DNA from: Vulcanimicrobiota bacterium
GTDB lineage: Bacteria > Vulcanimicrobiota > Vulcanimicrobiia > Eremiobacterales > Eremiobacteraceae
Direction of reading: 5' to 3'
Assembly (NCBI GenBank): GCA_963805945.1
Contig: CAWDVP010000002.1
Location: 1-64,000 of the forward strand
DNA length: 64,000 bases
Shown here: positions 22,117 to 32,743 of the stretch, piece after piece
Layout of the letters: each line of letters starts with the position of its first letter
Numbering within the stretch: position 1 is the first letter of the stretch
The notes under the pieces: generated by a model
Seen by the model: only the letters and a program-made list of their open reading frames with translations
The model's database searches: none
Told to the model about the DNA's origin: nothing
Made by a program: the position numbers and the translations under genes

Positions 22117-22677
22117 TCATGGCCCATGGGGTCTGACGACTCCGTAGATCAGAGCATCCATCGTCGTGCCGTTCTTCACGATGTGGCTTCGCAGGCGACC
22201 TTCGAGGACGTAGCCCGCTTTCTCGAGGACACGACCCGACGCCAGGTTCTTTTCGAAGACTTCTGCGATGATATGGGTGATATCGAAGTTCGCGAACGCG
22301 TAGCCGGTCATCGCCCGCACCGCATCGGTCATGATGCCTTTACCCCAGTACTCTTGGCCTAACCAGTACCCGATCGTGGCTGAACGGGCGGTGACGTCGT
22401 CCAGCAGCTCGACGCCGATGCCGCCCACCGCGGCATCATCGCACTCGATGGCGAAATGCGTTCTTGGCGACGCGATGAGATTCTTGGCGACCCACTCGCG
22501 GGCGTGTGACAACGTGTACGGTTTTGGAAAGCGATCGCGAAGGTACCGGCTGACGAGCGGGTCGTCCGCGTGGCGGACGATGGACTGCTCATCCCCCTTG
22601 CGCCAATCACGAAGCCTGCCGAGCGCAAGAACCATACCCTGACTTGAGCTTCGCTCGGGCACCACGGGCTCCGCCAC
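22117..22677 (-). CDS. GNAT N-acetyltransferase, RimJ/RimL family (start uncertain)
   Basis: LRDRFPKPYT, IGYWLGQEYWGKGIMT, NLASGRVLEKAGY.LEG. Confidence 0.88.
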   Translation of the reverse strand: MAEPVVPERSSSQGMVLALGRLRDWRKGDEQSIVRHADDPLVSRYLRDRFPKPYTLSHAREWVAKNLIASPRTHFAIECDDAAVGGIGVELLDDVTARSATIGYWLGQEYWGKGIMTDAVRAMTGYAFANFDITHIIAEVFEKNLASGRVLEKAGYVLEGRLRSHIVKNGTTMDALIYGVVRPHGP

Positions 22678-24263
22678 TACACCATCCGCGTGCGCGACTG
22701 TTCCCGCATGTACTGCTCGACATAGTACGGCCCGCAGCCGCCCTTGCCCGTGATCCCCGAACCTTTCCAGCCGCAGAACGACTGCACGCCCGGCCACGCG
22801 CCCGTCGTCGCGCCAGTGCGCCGGTTCACGTAGAGCACGCCGGCTTCCAACTCGTTGAAGAAACGATCGATCTCGGCGTCGTCCTTGGAGAAGAGGCCGC
22901 CGGTCAGCCCGAGCTTGGAGCGGTTGGCCTCCTCCAACGCCTGGTCGAACGACGTGACGACGCCGACGGCGAGGAACGGCAAGAACAATTCGCGCCCGAA
23001 CAGTTCGTGGTCGAGCGGCAGTTGCACGATCGTCGGCGCGACGTAATTGCCGGCGTTGAGCGGCGCGCTCGTGAGCCGTTCACCGCCCGCCAGGACCGTG
23101 CCGCCTTTGCGCGCCGAAGCAACTGCGTCGTCGAACTTGCGCACCGCGGCCTCGTTGATGACCGGGCCGAAATACACGTCGCGCTTTGTGGGATCGCCGA
23201 TGACGAGCTTGCGCGTCTTCTCGAGCAGCATGGCGAGGAACGGCTCCGCCACGCGCTCGTCCACGTACACGCGCGAACACGCGCTGCATTTCTGGCCTTG
23301 CAGGCCGAACGCGGAGCGCATCACGCCGTCTGATGCGACGTCGAGATCGGCGCTCGCGGTCACGAGCGCGGCGTTCTTGCCGCCGAGCTCGCCGAGGATC
23401 GGCTTGGCGAACGCGCCGCTCGCGCCGATCTCGCGCAGCATCTGCATCCCGACCTCGTGCGAACCGGTGAAGGCGACGCCGTCGACGCCCGCGTGGCGGA
23501 TGAGCGGCTGACCGACGTTTTCGCCGGAGCCGAAGATGAGGTTGAAGACGCCCGCCGGCACGCCCGCCGCCGCATAGGCCTCCTTGAGCTTGACGCCGGT
23601 GAGCGACGCCATCACCGACGGCTTGAGCACGACCGCGTTGCCGGCGAGCAGTGCCGCGCCGGACATGCCGGTCGACAGCGCGAGCGGGAAATTGAACGGC
23701 GCGATCACCGCGAAGACGCCGTACGGGCGCAGCACGTCCTGCGTGCGCTCGTTCGGTGAGAGCTGCCCGAGCGGGCGCGCATAGCCGTCGGCCGCCTCGA
23801 TCTGGTCGGCGTAGTAATCGATGAGGTCCGCAGACTCCTCGGCGTCGCCGAGCGCCTCCATGCGGCTCTTGCCGACCTCGATGCTCATGATCGCGGCGAT
23901 GTCGTAGCGCGCGCCGCGGATGTTCTCGGCGGCGCGCCGCATGATCGCCAGCCGCTCGCGCCACGGCATCGCGCCCCAACCGCGCTGCGCCGCTTTGGCG
24001 GCGCTCACCGCCGCATCGATCTGCGCGGGACTCGCGCTCGGAAACGTGCCGACGCGGACCTCGCGGTCGATCGGCGAGCGCCATTCGAGCGCCGGGCCTT
24101 CGCCTTTCACATCCTTGCCGTTGATGAAGAGCTGGTGGACGCTGCCGAGCTGCGCGCGCACGCGCTCGAGCGCGGCGTCGAAGCCGGCCATGATCTCGTC
24201 CATGTTGCCGCCGACCGCGGAATAGGTGATCTTCGGCTGTTTGCTCGGTGCTTGGATGCTCAT
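22677..24263 (-). CDS. aldehyde dehydrogenase (P5C-dehydrogenase-like subfamily)
   Basis: IAPFNFPLAL, FTGSHEVG, ELGGKN, GQKCSACSR (catalytic Cys), ELFLP, GLTGG, FCGWKGSG. Confidence 0.9.
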   Translation of the reverse strand: MSIQAPSKQPKITYSAVGGNMDEIMAGFDAALERVRAQLGSVHQLFINGKDVKGEGPALEWRSPIDREVRVGTFPSASPAQIDAAVSAAKAAQRGWGAMPWRERLAIMRRAAENIRGARYDIAAIMSIEVGKSRMEALGDAEESADLIDYYADQIEAADGYARPLGQLSPNERTQDVLRPYGVFAVIAPFNFPLALSTGMSGAALLAGNAVVLKPSVMASLTGVKLKEAYAAAGVPAGVFNLIFGSGENVGQPLIRHAGVDGVAFTGSHEVGMQMLREIGASGAFAKPILGELGGKNAALVTASADLDVASDGVMRSAFGLQGQKCSACSRVYVDERVAEPFLAMLLEKTRKLVIGDPTKRDVYFGPVINEAAVRKFDDAVASARKGGTVLAGGERLTSAPLNAGNYVAPTIVQLPLDHELFGRELFLPFLAVGVVTSFDQALEEANRSKLGLTGGLFSKDDAEIDRFFNELEAGVLYVNRRTGATTGAWPGVQSFCGWKGSGITGKGGCGPYYVEQYMREQSRTRMV

Positions 24264-24280
24264 CGTACTACCTCAGTTCC

Positions 24281-24306
24281 GAGCCGAACTAAAGTTCGGC
24301 CCCTAC
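24281..24306 (-). repeat. REP-like palindrome, family A (GTAG-GGGCCGAACT-TT-AGTTCGGCTC)
   Basis: Compensatory change relative to the 6030 copy; encodes the last residues (VGAEL*) of the aminotransferase. Confidence 0.8.
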
Positions 24307-25674
24307 ATTTGCCTTGGAGATGGATCGATCGAATTCATTCGCTCGCGCGACATCGGCGATGCTGCCGGAAAGCTTTTCGACGAGCTCATCGATCTGCGCC
24401 TCGCTGATGGTCAGCGGCGGCGCGATAAGCACGAGATCGCCGTTGATGCCGTCGGCGTGGCCGACATTGGGCCAGACCACGAGACCGCGCTCGCGCGCGG
24501 CGTGCACCACGCGTTCGGCGACTCTGTCGGCGCGTGCGAACGGCCGCTTCGTCGCGCGATCCGCCACGAATTCCACGCCGGCGAGCAGGCCGATGCCGCG
24601 CACGTCGCCGACGATGTCGGCGCCGCCGTCATCGAGCAGCCCGCGCAGCGCGGCCTGGAGCCGCGCGCCGATGGTCGCCGCGCGCGCGACCAAGCCGTGT
24701 CGCTCGATGTAGCGCAGCGTCGCCAGCGCGGTCGCGCTCGCCAGCGGATGGTGCGAGTAGGTCTGCGCATGCACCAGGCCGCCGTACGTGCCGCGCGCGA
24801 GCGTCTCGACGATCGAACCTTTCGCGAGCAGCGCCGACAAGGGCGCGTAGCCGCCGTTGAGGCCCTTGCCGAGCGTGATGATGTCGGGCACGATCGCGGC
24901 GCCCGATGCGCTCCGGAAATGATCGAGCGCGAAGAACGCGCCGGTGCGGCCCACACCGGTGAGCACTTCGTCGGCGATGAACAGCACGCCGTAGCGGTCG
25001 CAGATCTCGCGGACGCGCGCGTAATAGCCCGGCGGCGGCACGGATGCGCCGGTCGACGAGCCGCCGATCGGCTCGGCGATGAACGCGGCGACGTTCTCCG
25101 GCTCCACCTCGAGGATGGCGGTCTCGAGCGCCTCGCCCGTCATCGCGGGCGCGTCCGCGCTCTCGGCGCGGTAGGGGTACGGCGCATCGATCATCATGAC
25201 GTCGACGAGCCACGGCGCGTATACGGCGCGGTAGTGCGGCCGCGCCGATGCCGACAGCGCGAGCAGCGTGTTGCCGTGGTAGCCGGGCGTGCGCGCGATG
25301 ATGACGCTGCGCTGCGCGTCGCCGCGCTCGAGATGATACTGCCGCGCGAGCTTGATCGACGCTTCGACCGCCTCGGAACCGCTCGAGAGGAAATATGCCT
25401 TGTCGACGCCTGCAGGCGCCTTGGCGGCGAGCGCATCGGCGAGCGCCTCTACCGGCTCGTTGGTGAACGCCGTGCCGTTGACGTAGGCTACTTTTTTGGC
25501 CTGTGCGGCCATCGCGTCGGCGATCTCGGCAACCCCGTGGCCGATCGAGGCGACCATCGCGCCGGCCGACGCATCGAGATACTGCTTGCCGCGATCGTCA
25601 TAGAGATAGACGCCCTCGGCGCGGACGATCGTCGGCAGCTCGACGCCGAGCTTCCTATAGAATACGTGGCTCAT
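24289..25674 (-). CDS. class III PLP aminotransferase (omega-amine/BioA-like family)
   Basis: YLDASAGAMV, SSGSEAVEASIKLARQY, YHGNT, EPIGG, ADEVLTGVGRTG, PDIITLGKGLNGGY. Confidence 0.88.
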   Translation of the reverse strand: MSHVFYRKLGVELPTIVRAEGVYLYDDRGKQYLDASAGAMVASIGHGVAEIADAMAAQAKKVAYVNGTAFTNEPVEALADALAAKAPAGVDKAYFLSSGSEAVEASIKLARQYHLERGDAQRSVIIARTPGYHGNTLLALSASARPHYRAVYAPWLVDVMMIDAPYPYRAESADAPAMTGEALETAILEVEPENVAAFIAEPIGGSSTGASVPPPGYYARVREICDRYGVLFIADEVLTGVGRTGAFFALDHFRSASGAAIVPDIITLGKGLNGGYAPLSALLAKGSIVETLARGTYGGLVHAQTYSHHPLASATALATLRYIERHGLVARAATIGARLQAALRGLLDDGGADIVGDVRGIGLLAGVEFVADRATKRPFARADRVAERVVHAARERGLVVWPNVGHADGINGDLVLIAPPLTISEAQIDELVEKLSGSIADVARANEFDRSISKANVGAEL

Positions 25675-26962
25675 GGACCAATGCGAGTTCGTCGGCGAGG
25701 GGGTCGGGCGCCTGCGGCGCGGCGCGCAGGCTCGCTGCGACTTCCAGCGCGATGGCGGGCAGCAGCGCCGCGTTGACGAGGATCGCGATGCCGAGCAGGC
25801 GCTGCCCGCTCGTGCCGAAGAGCGCCATCAGCAGCGCTTCGATCGCGACCGCCACGCTGAGCGCGCGCGTGATGCCGTAGTTGCCGACCGCCTGCAAGTA
25901 ACCGATGCCGAGCGCCGCGATGCCCAGCAGCGCCGCGGCGACGCCGTAGATGCGCAGGAGGCCTGCGGCCTCGACGAACGCCGTGCCGTAGGTGATGCCG
26001 AGCAGCTGCGCCGGCGCGAACGTGGTGAACGCGAGACCCGCGAGCGCGATGGCGGCGCCCGCGCCGAACGCGACCGCGAGCAGATGGCGCAGCGATTCGC
26101 GGCTCACGTGCTGCGCCGCCGCGACCCGCGGCCACATGACGAGCGCGATCATGCCGATGGCGAAGGGGATCGCGCGCGCGATCGTGCCCGCCGCGGCATA
26201 GTATCCGGCTTGCGTGCCCGAGAGGTGATGCTTGGCGAAGAGCTGATCCGCGAACAGCAGCACCATCACCGACGCGGAGATCCAGAACACGCTCACCGCG
26301 CGGCCGCTCAGCTCGAGATGGTCGTGTTCGCCCTCCACCGGCGGCCCGGCGTGCCGGAATGCGAGCGGCAGTGCGACCACGGCAAGTCCGACGAGCGCTC
26401 CTGCGAGAAGACCGCCGACAGCGCCGACGACCGCGAATCCCGCGCTCACCATCAGCAGGGCTGAGCCGAGCTTCACCGCCGTGTCGGAGACGTTCGAGAC
26501 GGCGAACAGACCGAAATGATGCGCGCCTTGCGCCGCGCCGCGGAAGAAGCCGGCGAAGATGGCGACGACGAGATACAGCGCGAACACCGACCATATCGCG
26601 AGCCGGACGATGTGCAGATACGGTCCCACGAGAAAGCTGCCGGCGAAGACCAGGACGGCGATCGTCAGCGCAACGCCGAACGCGGCCGGTGCGACATGGC
26701 GCACGAACGCCGCGATGCGATCCCCACGTCCCAGCGCCAGCAGCTTCGCCGCGTCCTGCATCGCGACGATGCCGACCGTGCTGCCGAAGACGCCGATGAT
26801 CGTCGCGGCTGCGGTCAGCGTCGCAAGCGTGCCGTAGTCCTCCGGCCCGAGCCGCCGCGAGATCAGGAAATGGAAGAGATAGTTGAAAGCGTTCGCGACG
26901 AGCGAACCGCCGATGATGATGGCGGCGTCGCCGCCGATGCGGCGCAGGCCGAAGCGCTCCAA
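25655..26962 (-). CDS. oligosaccharide flippase (Wzx/MOP family)
   Basis: ANAFNYLFHFLISRRLGPEDYG, AGYYAAA, about 12 TM segments. Confidence 0.8.
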   Translation of the reverse strand: MERFGLRRIGGDAAIIIGGSLVANAFNYLFHFLISRRLGPEDYGTLATLTAAATIIGVFGSTVGIVAMQDAAKLLALGRGDRIAAFVRHVAPAAFGVALTIAVLVFAGSFLVGPYLHIVRLAIWSVFALYLVVAIFAGFFRGAAQGAHHFGLFAVSNVSDTAVKLGSALLMVSAGFAVVGAVGGLLAGALVGLAVVALPLAFRHAGPPVEGEHDHLELSGRAVSVFWISASVMVLLFADQLFAKHHLSGTQAGYYAAAGTIARAIPFAIGMIALVMWPRVAAAQHVSRESLRHLLAVAFGAGAAIALAGLAFTTFAPAQLLGITYGTAFVEAAGLLRIYGVAAALLGIAALGIGYLQAVGNYGITRALSVAVAIEALLMALFGTSGQRLLGIAILVNAALLPAIALEVAASLRAAPQAPDPLADELALVHEPRIL

Positions 26963-26964
26963 GG

Positions 26965-27770
26965 CTACGGCAGTCCCGACACGCCTTCGTTGAGGCTGCC
27001 CGTCCGATAGCCGCGCGGGTCTATCTCGACGCGCGCATAGCCGACGCCGCGCAGCACGCGCTCGACCTCCGGCTTGCGGCCTTCCAGCCGCGCGATATCC
27101 GCTGGGAGGCACCTCGAGCCGCGCCGTCGCGCCGAAGTGGCGCACGCGGACGGTCGCAAAGCCGCTCGCGCGCAAGTAGCGTTCGGCGAGGTCGATGCGA
27201 CGCAGATCGTCGAGCTCGATGCGGGTGCCGTACGGCACGCGCGACGACAGGCATGGCGACGCGGGCTTCTCCCACACCGCTAGGTCGAGCGTTCGAGCGA
27301 GCGCGCGTACGTCCGCCTTGCCCATGCCGGTCTCGGCGAGCGGGCTGCGCACGCTCGAAGGCGCGCGCGGCTGCGCGTCCGGGCCGGACGTCGAGCGGCG
27401 CGCGGCCGTCATCGGCGTTGCAGCCGTCGGCGACGTGGTCGAAGCCGCGCTCGCGCGCGAGTGCGGCGAGCCGGCCATACAGCTCGTCTTTGCAGTGGAA
27501 GCAGCGATCGCGCTCGTTGGCGCGATACGCCGGATTCTCGAACTCGCGCGTCGCGATCACTTCGTGGCGGATGCCGATGCGCGCCGCGAGCGCACGCGCC
27601 GCATCGAGCTCACCGCCGGCGACGGACGCCGAGTCGGCGGTGACGGCGAGAGCGTGTCGACCGAGCTCCGCGTGCGCGATCGCGGCGACGAGCGCGCTGT
27701 CCACGCCGCCTGAATACGCGACCACGACGCTGCGCATCTCACGGACGGCTGCGCGCAACCGCTCGCTCAC
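26965..27770 (-). CDS. larE: ATP-dependent sulfur transferase LarE (indels near 27360 and 27105)
   Basis: PP-loop VAYSGGVDS, RCFHCKDELY, DG.NADD..RPG, SPLAE.G..K..VR, KPASPCLSSRVPYG, VRVRH, GYRTGSLN. Confidence 0.92.
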
Positions 27771-29021
27771 GACCGCTGCTTCATCCACGCTTCGACGTCG
27801 GCGTCCACCGCGCGCATCACGTCGCCGAGCGCCATGCCCGTGCGCTGCGCGATCGCGCGGCAGTCGTCGAATTCCGGTCGGGCACGCGCGCCCGACGGCG
27901 CCTGCACGATCTTCACCCGCACGGGGCCGAGCGACGTCATCACGTTCTCTTCCGCGCGCGGCAAGACCACGCGCTGCGCCGGCCACGTGCGGACGCCGAT
28001 GGTCGTCGTCTCGGCGAGCATCACCGCCGCGACCGCGTCCGAGCGTTCGGGCGCCGCCAGCGCGGCGAGCACCGTGCCGGGTCTGCCTTTCTTCATCTGC
28101 GCGCCGAGCATCCACACGTCGAGCGCGCCCGCCGCGAAGAGCCGCTCCATGACGTGCTCGTAGAGCTGGGGATTCATGTCGTCGATGTTGGTCTCGACTT
28201 GCACGACGTCGGGGGCCGGCGCAACGCCGGCCTGGCCTGGCGATGTCGCCGCGGCTTCGCCGATGCTCACGCGCAGCACGTTGGGAAAGGGGAAGTCCGA
28301 GCGCCCGCAGCCATAGCCGATCGCATCGGCGGTCATCGCGGGGCGTTGCCCGAAATCCGCCAGCGACGTGAGGATCGCGGCGCCGGTCGGCGTGACCATC
28401 TCGGCTTCGAGGTCGATGGAGTATGTCGGCGTGCCGCGCAGCAGTTCCATGGTCGCGGGCGAGGGCGAGGGATACGCGCCGTGCGCGCTGTGGATCGTGC
28501 CGCGGCCGCACGGCAGCGGCGAACAGTACGCGCGGTCGACGCCGAGCAGATGCAGTCCGATGACGGCGCCCGCGACATCGACGATCGCATCGACCTGTCC
28601 GACCTCGTGGAAGGCGATCTCGGCGACGGGAACGCGATGCACGCGGGCTTCTGCCGCGGCGAGCCGCTCGAAGATCGCGATCGCCCGTCGCTCGACCTCG
28701 GCTGGGAATCTCGCGGCGCGGACGATATCGATGACGTCGCGCAGTTTGCGGTGCGCGATGCCCTCATGCGCATGCTCTGTAGCGGTCGAATTTATTCGAC
28801 CGTGCTGCGTGATCGACGTCTTCACCCGGCACATCGACGTCGAGATACGTGGCGCCCAGACCGCGCCGGTGCTCCTCGCGCGCACGCATCGTCCAGCCGC
28901 GCACGGGCAGCGCGCGCAATTCGCGCTCCAAAGCGTCGAGGCTCAAGCCGGCGTCGAGCAGCGCGCCGAGGATCATGTTGCCGCTGGCGCCGCCGAAACA
29001 TTCGAAGTGCGCGATTCTCAT
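27767..29021 (-). CDS. larC: nickel insertion protein LarC (frameshift near 28810)
   Basis: FECFGGASGNMILGALLDAG; AEARVH, FHEVGQVDAIVD, EMVTPTGAAIL, PNVLRV, ETNIDDMNP, MKKGRPG, ETTTIGVR, PEFDDC. Confidence 0.92.
28779..28802 (+). repeat. family B REP-like palindrome inside larC (GTAG-CGGTCGAAT-TT-ATTCGACCG)
   Basis: Perfect 9-bp stem with GTAG foot, within the His-containing linker of LarC. Confidence 0.8.
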
Positions 29022-29779
29022 GGCGTCTGCGCCCGGACGACGAGATGGTTGATGCGCGACGCCGCGCACGCCGCGCCGAAACCGTTGTCGATGTTCACCA
29101 CGGTGACCCCGCCGGCGCACGCGTTGAGCATGGTCAGCAGCGCCGCGAGGCCGCCGAACGACGCGCCGTAGCCGACGCTCGTCGGCACCGCGACGATCGG
29201 ACGATCGGTGAGACCCGCGATGACGCCGGGCAACGCGCCGTCCATGCCGGCGACGGCGACGATGACGTTCGCGCTGCGCAGCGCACCGACGTGGCCGAGC
29301 ACGCGGTGCAGGCCGGCGACGCCGACGTCGTCGACGCGTGCGCAGGCGTTGCCCATGATATCGAGCGCGCACGCGGCTTCCGCGGCGACGTGACGATCCG
29401 ATGTGCCGGCGCTGACGACGCACGCCAGCCCGACGCGGGGCGCGGGCTCGCGTTCGTAGACGATCGCGCGCGCGTCGGCATCGTAGCGCGCCTCGGGCAC
29501 CTGCGCGCGCACCGCGGCGAACGCTTCAGGCGTGGCGCGCGTCGCGAGGAAGCGTCCGGCGGACGTGGAGAGCTTGACCGCGATCGACGCGATCTCGTCG
29601 TCGCGCTTGCCCGGGCAGTAGATGACTTCAGGAAAGCCGGTGCGCTCTTCGCGCAGATGGTCGAGCCGCACCGCGGGCATGTCGGCGTTGCCGGCGGTCG
29701 TCAGGTGCGCCGCCGCCTCTTCGACGCTCAGCTTGCCCTCGCGCAATGCGGCAAGGAGGCCGTGTAGCGTATCATCCAT
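29018..29779 (-). CDS. larB: NPN cofactor biosynthesis protein LarB
   Basis: RLDHLREERTGFPEVIYCPGK, AGTSD..VA.EA, DVGVAGLHR, VAGMDGALP, VPTSVGYG, MLNACAGGVTVVNIDNGFGAA. Confidence 0.95.
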   Translation of the reverse strand: MDDTLHGLLAALREGKLSVEEAAAHLTTAGNADMPAVRLDHLREERTGFPEVIYCPGKRDDEIASIAVKLSTSAGRFLATRATPEAFAAVRAQVPEARYDADARAIVYEREPAPRVGLACVVSAGTSDRHVAAEAACALDIMGNACARVDDVGVAGLHRVLGHVGALRSANVIVAVAGMDGALPGVIAGLTDRPIVAVPTSVGYGASFGGLAALLTMLNACAGGVTVVNIDNGFGAACAASRINHLVVRAQTP

Positions 29780-29846
29780 GATCGCAGACTCGCTTCTGTG
29801 ACGCCGGGTCGCCGCCCCGCCGAAAGATCAGGCTCGCTGGAACTGC

Positions 29847-31172
29847 TTAGATGGGGTCGGGCGGTTGGAGGTCGCGCGGTTGGCGCAGGAAATCGGCCGG
29901 CTTCATGAATGTCTTGACGGGCTGCAGCGACGTCACCGATTGGGTGAAATCGAAGCAGTCCGCGAGGTCGTCGGCACGCGCGTCTGCGGTGCCGAGCGTC
30001 GGCAATCCGAAGGTCGCTTCGGTGAAGCGCAGGATGCTGCCGAATTCGTGCTGCGTGTGGGAGACGTAGCCGTGCCGCGCGTACGGCGAGACGACGATCA
30101 GCGGCACGCGGAACCCCAGCCCCATGACATCCACCTTCGGCGGCGGCACGTGATCGTACCAGCCCCCCCAGTCATCCCATACGATGAGGATCGCCGTGTC
30201 CTTCCAGTACGGGCTTGCACCGACGGCATTCACGATCGAAGCGACCCACTGCGGCCCCGTGTTGCTGTTCCCTAGCGGATGATCCGAATTCGCCAGTTGC
30301 GGCACCACCCAGCTGACCTGGGGCAATCTGTTGCTGGCGATATCGGTGAGCACCGCCGTCTCCGGCGTGGTGATGTTCGTGGTCCAGTCGGTGCCGTAGC
30401 GGATGTGGCGGATCGCCTGGTATGCACTTACGAAGTAGAGCGGCGATGGCGTGTAGTAGCGCCATGTCACGCCGGCGACGTCCATCTCGTCGCCGAGGGT
30501 GGGATAATCGAAGCACGGGAAGATCCCCGGCGTCTCGTTGCCGCTGCCGTCGAGTTGCGCGGCAAGCGTCCCCGGCTGGGCGTCACAACCCCATGCGCCG
30601 TTAGGGACCTCCGCGACGTTGTCCGACTGGCCCGCGATCAGATACTGGTGTGCCGGGAAACTTGGACCGCTATTGGAAGCGAACATCCGGTCCGCGAGGG
30701 TGAACTGTTTGGCCAAACTCCAGTACGGCACAGTCTCCGATTGCGGCAGATACGAATATGGGAAATTCGGCGGCCCTGGAGTCGGGCAGTACGTGCCGCA
30801 CGTGGTCGAATACGTCCCCTCGGCGTTGAAGTTGTCGAGCAGTCCGCCATCGTAGGCCGCGGTGAAGCTTCGGTGAAAATGGCCGATGTCCCAACCGCCG
30901 CTCACAAACGACACCGCGGCGAGCGGTAGCGGTCCGGTGGTCGTCTGGCCGACGGCCACGGTATCGGCTCCGGGGAAACCGTTGAACACATTGTCGAAGC
31001 TGCGATTCTCTTGCACGATGATGATCACGTGCTTGATCGGGCTGCCTGCCGGCGCAAGCCCGCCCGCAGGATTCGGAATGCTTGAATGGTTGCACGCGAC
31101 GATGCCGACGACAAGGATCGTGAGGGTGACCGTGAGCGCCATCCGGATCACCGAACGTGAACCCTGTGTCAT
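29847..31172 (-). CDS. phospholipase C / phosphoesterase family lipoprotein, paralogue 1
   Basis: Lipobox-like [55 protein letters not shown]. Confidence 0.88.
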   Translation of the reverse strand: MTQGSRSVIRMALTVTLTILVVGIVACNHSSIPNPAGGLAPAGSPIKHVIIIVQENRSFDNVFNGFPGADTVAVGQTTTGPLPLAAVSFVSGGWDIGHFHRSFTAAYDGGLLDNFNAEGTYSTTCGTYCPTPGPPNFPYSYLPQSETVPYWSLAKQFTLADRMFASNSGPSFPAHQYLIAGQSDNVAEVPNGAWGCDAQPGTLAAQLDGSGNETPGIFPCFDYPTLGDEMDVAGVTWRYYTPSPLYFVSAYQAIRHIRYGTDWTTNITTPETAVLTDIASNRLPQVSWVVPQLANSDHPLGNSNTGPQWVASIVNAVGASPYWKDTAILIVWDDWGGWYDHVPPPKVDVMGLGFRVPLIVVSPYARHGYVSHTQHEFGSILRFTEATFGLPTLGTADARADDLADCFDFTQSVTSLQPVKTFMKPADFLRQPRDLQPPDPI

Positions 31173-31236
31173 CGCTCGCTGCTTCTGTGACACCGGGCCT
31201 GCGCCCCGCCGACTGGTGCGGAGCGCGGCGCAGCGC

Positions 31237-32568
31237 CTAATACGGGTCCGGCGGTTGGAGGCTGCGCGGCTGGCGCAGGAAATCAGCCGGCTTCATGAAC
31301 GTCTTGACGGGTTGCAGCGACGTCACCGACTGGGTGAAGTCGAAGCAGTCCGCCAGATCGTCGGCACGCGCGTCTGCGGTGCCGAGCGTCGGCAATCCGA
31401 AGGTCGCTTCGGTGAAGTGCAGGATGCTGCCGAACTCATGCTGCGCGTGCGAGACGTAGCCGTGCCGCGCGTACGGCGACACGACGATCAGCGGCACGCG
31501 GAAGCCCAGCCCCATGACATCGAGCTTCGGCGGCGGCACGTGGTCGTACCAGCCGCCCCAGTCATCCCATACGATGAGGATCGCCGTGTTCTGCCAGTAC
31601 GGGCTCGCGCCGACCGCGTCAACGATCGTGGCGACCCATTGCGGCCCGGTAGTGCTGTTCGCCAGGGCGTGATCCGAATTCGCGAGTTGCGGCACGACCC
31701 AGCTCACCTGAGCCAGATTGCCGTTGGCGATGTCGGTCAACACCGCGGTCTCCGGGCCGATGATGTCCGCAGTCCAATCCTTGCCGTAGCGGATGTGGCT
31801 GATCGCATCGTAGGCGTTGAAGAAATAGAAGGGACTAGGCGCGTAGTAGCGCCACGTCACGCCCGCGACGTCCATCTCGTCGCCGAGCGTCGGATAATCG
31901 AAGCACGGGAAGATCCCGGGCGTCTCGTCGCCGTCGCTGTCGAGCTGCGCCGCGAGTGACCCGGGTGCGTCATCGCATCCCCAAAAGGGGCCATTGGGTA
32001 CCTCGGCGACGTCCTCTGACTGACCCGCGATGAGATACTGATGCGCGGGGAAGCTTGGACCGCTGTTGGACGCGAACATGCGATCAGCAAGCGTGAACTG
32101 CTTGGCCAGCGTCCAGTACGGCACCGTCTCCGACTGCGGCAGATATGAATATGGATAGTTCGTCGGACCTGGGGTAGGGCAGTAGCTGCCGCACGAAAAC
32201 GAGTAGGTTCCCTCGGCGTTGAAGTTGTCGAGCAGACCGTCGTCATAGGCGGCGGTGAAAGCCGTGTGAAAATGGCCGATATCGATCCCGCCGTCGTTGA
32301 ACGATTGCGCGCCGAGCGGCACCGGTCCGGTCGTCGTCTGTCCGACCTGGACGGTGTCGGCGCCCGGAAACCCGTTGAACATGTTGTCGAAACTGCGGTT
32401 TTCCTGAATGATGATGATCACGTGCTTGATGGGGCTTATCGCAGATGTCGTCGCGTTTGCGGGGTTCGGGATGCTTGAATGGTTGCACGCGACGATGCCG
32501 GCGACAACGATGGCGAGGGTAGCCGTAAGAGCCATCCGGATGAGCGGACGGCGTGAACCCAGTGTCAT
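31237..32568 (-). CDS. phospholipase C / phosphoesterase family lipoprotein, paralogue 2
   Basis: GGAGG RBS then ATG; same motifs as the neighbour with long identical stretches. Confidence 0.88.
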   Translation of the reverse strand: MTLGSRRPLIRMALTATLAIVVAGIVACNHSSIPNPANATTSAISPIKHVIIIIQENRSFDNMFNGFPGADTVQVGQTTTGPVPLGAQSFNDGGIDIGHFHTAFTAAYDDGLLDNFNAEGTYSFSCGSYCPTPGPTNYPYSYLPQSETVPYWTLAKQFTLADRMFASNSGPSFPAHQYLIAGQSEDVAEVPNGPFWGCDDAPGSLAAQLDSDGDETPGIFPCFDYPTLGDEMDVAGVTWRYYAPSPFYFFNAYDAISHIRYGKDWTADIIGPETAVLTDIANGNLAQVSWVVPQLANSDHALANSTTGPQWVATIVDAVGASPYWQNTAILIVWDDWGGWYDHVPPPKLDVMGLGFRVPLIVVSPYARHGYVSHAQHEFGSILHFTEATFGLPTLGTADARADDLADCFDFTQSVTSLQPVKTFMKPADFLRQPRSLQPPDPY

Positions 32569-32743
32569 CGATCGCCTCCCGTGCGGAATAGGAGATGCTC
32601 CTGGCACTGTCGCGTAAGATGCGCGGTGCGGTCGTTCGCTCCTTCTCAGCGGCGTGAGAATATGCTGAGCAATTCCGGTGAGCTGTGACGCGCGGCGCGG
32701 GGGAAGGGCACAGCACGTGCAGAACCACGCGTCGGAGGTGCGC

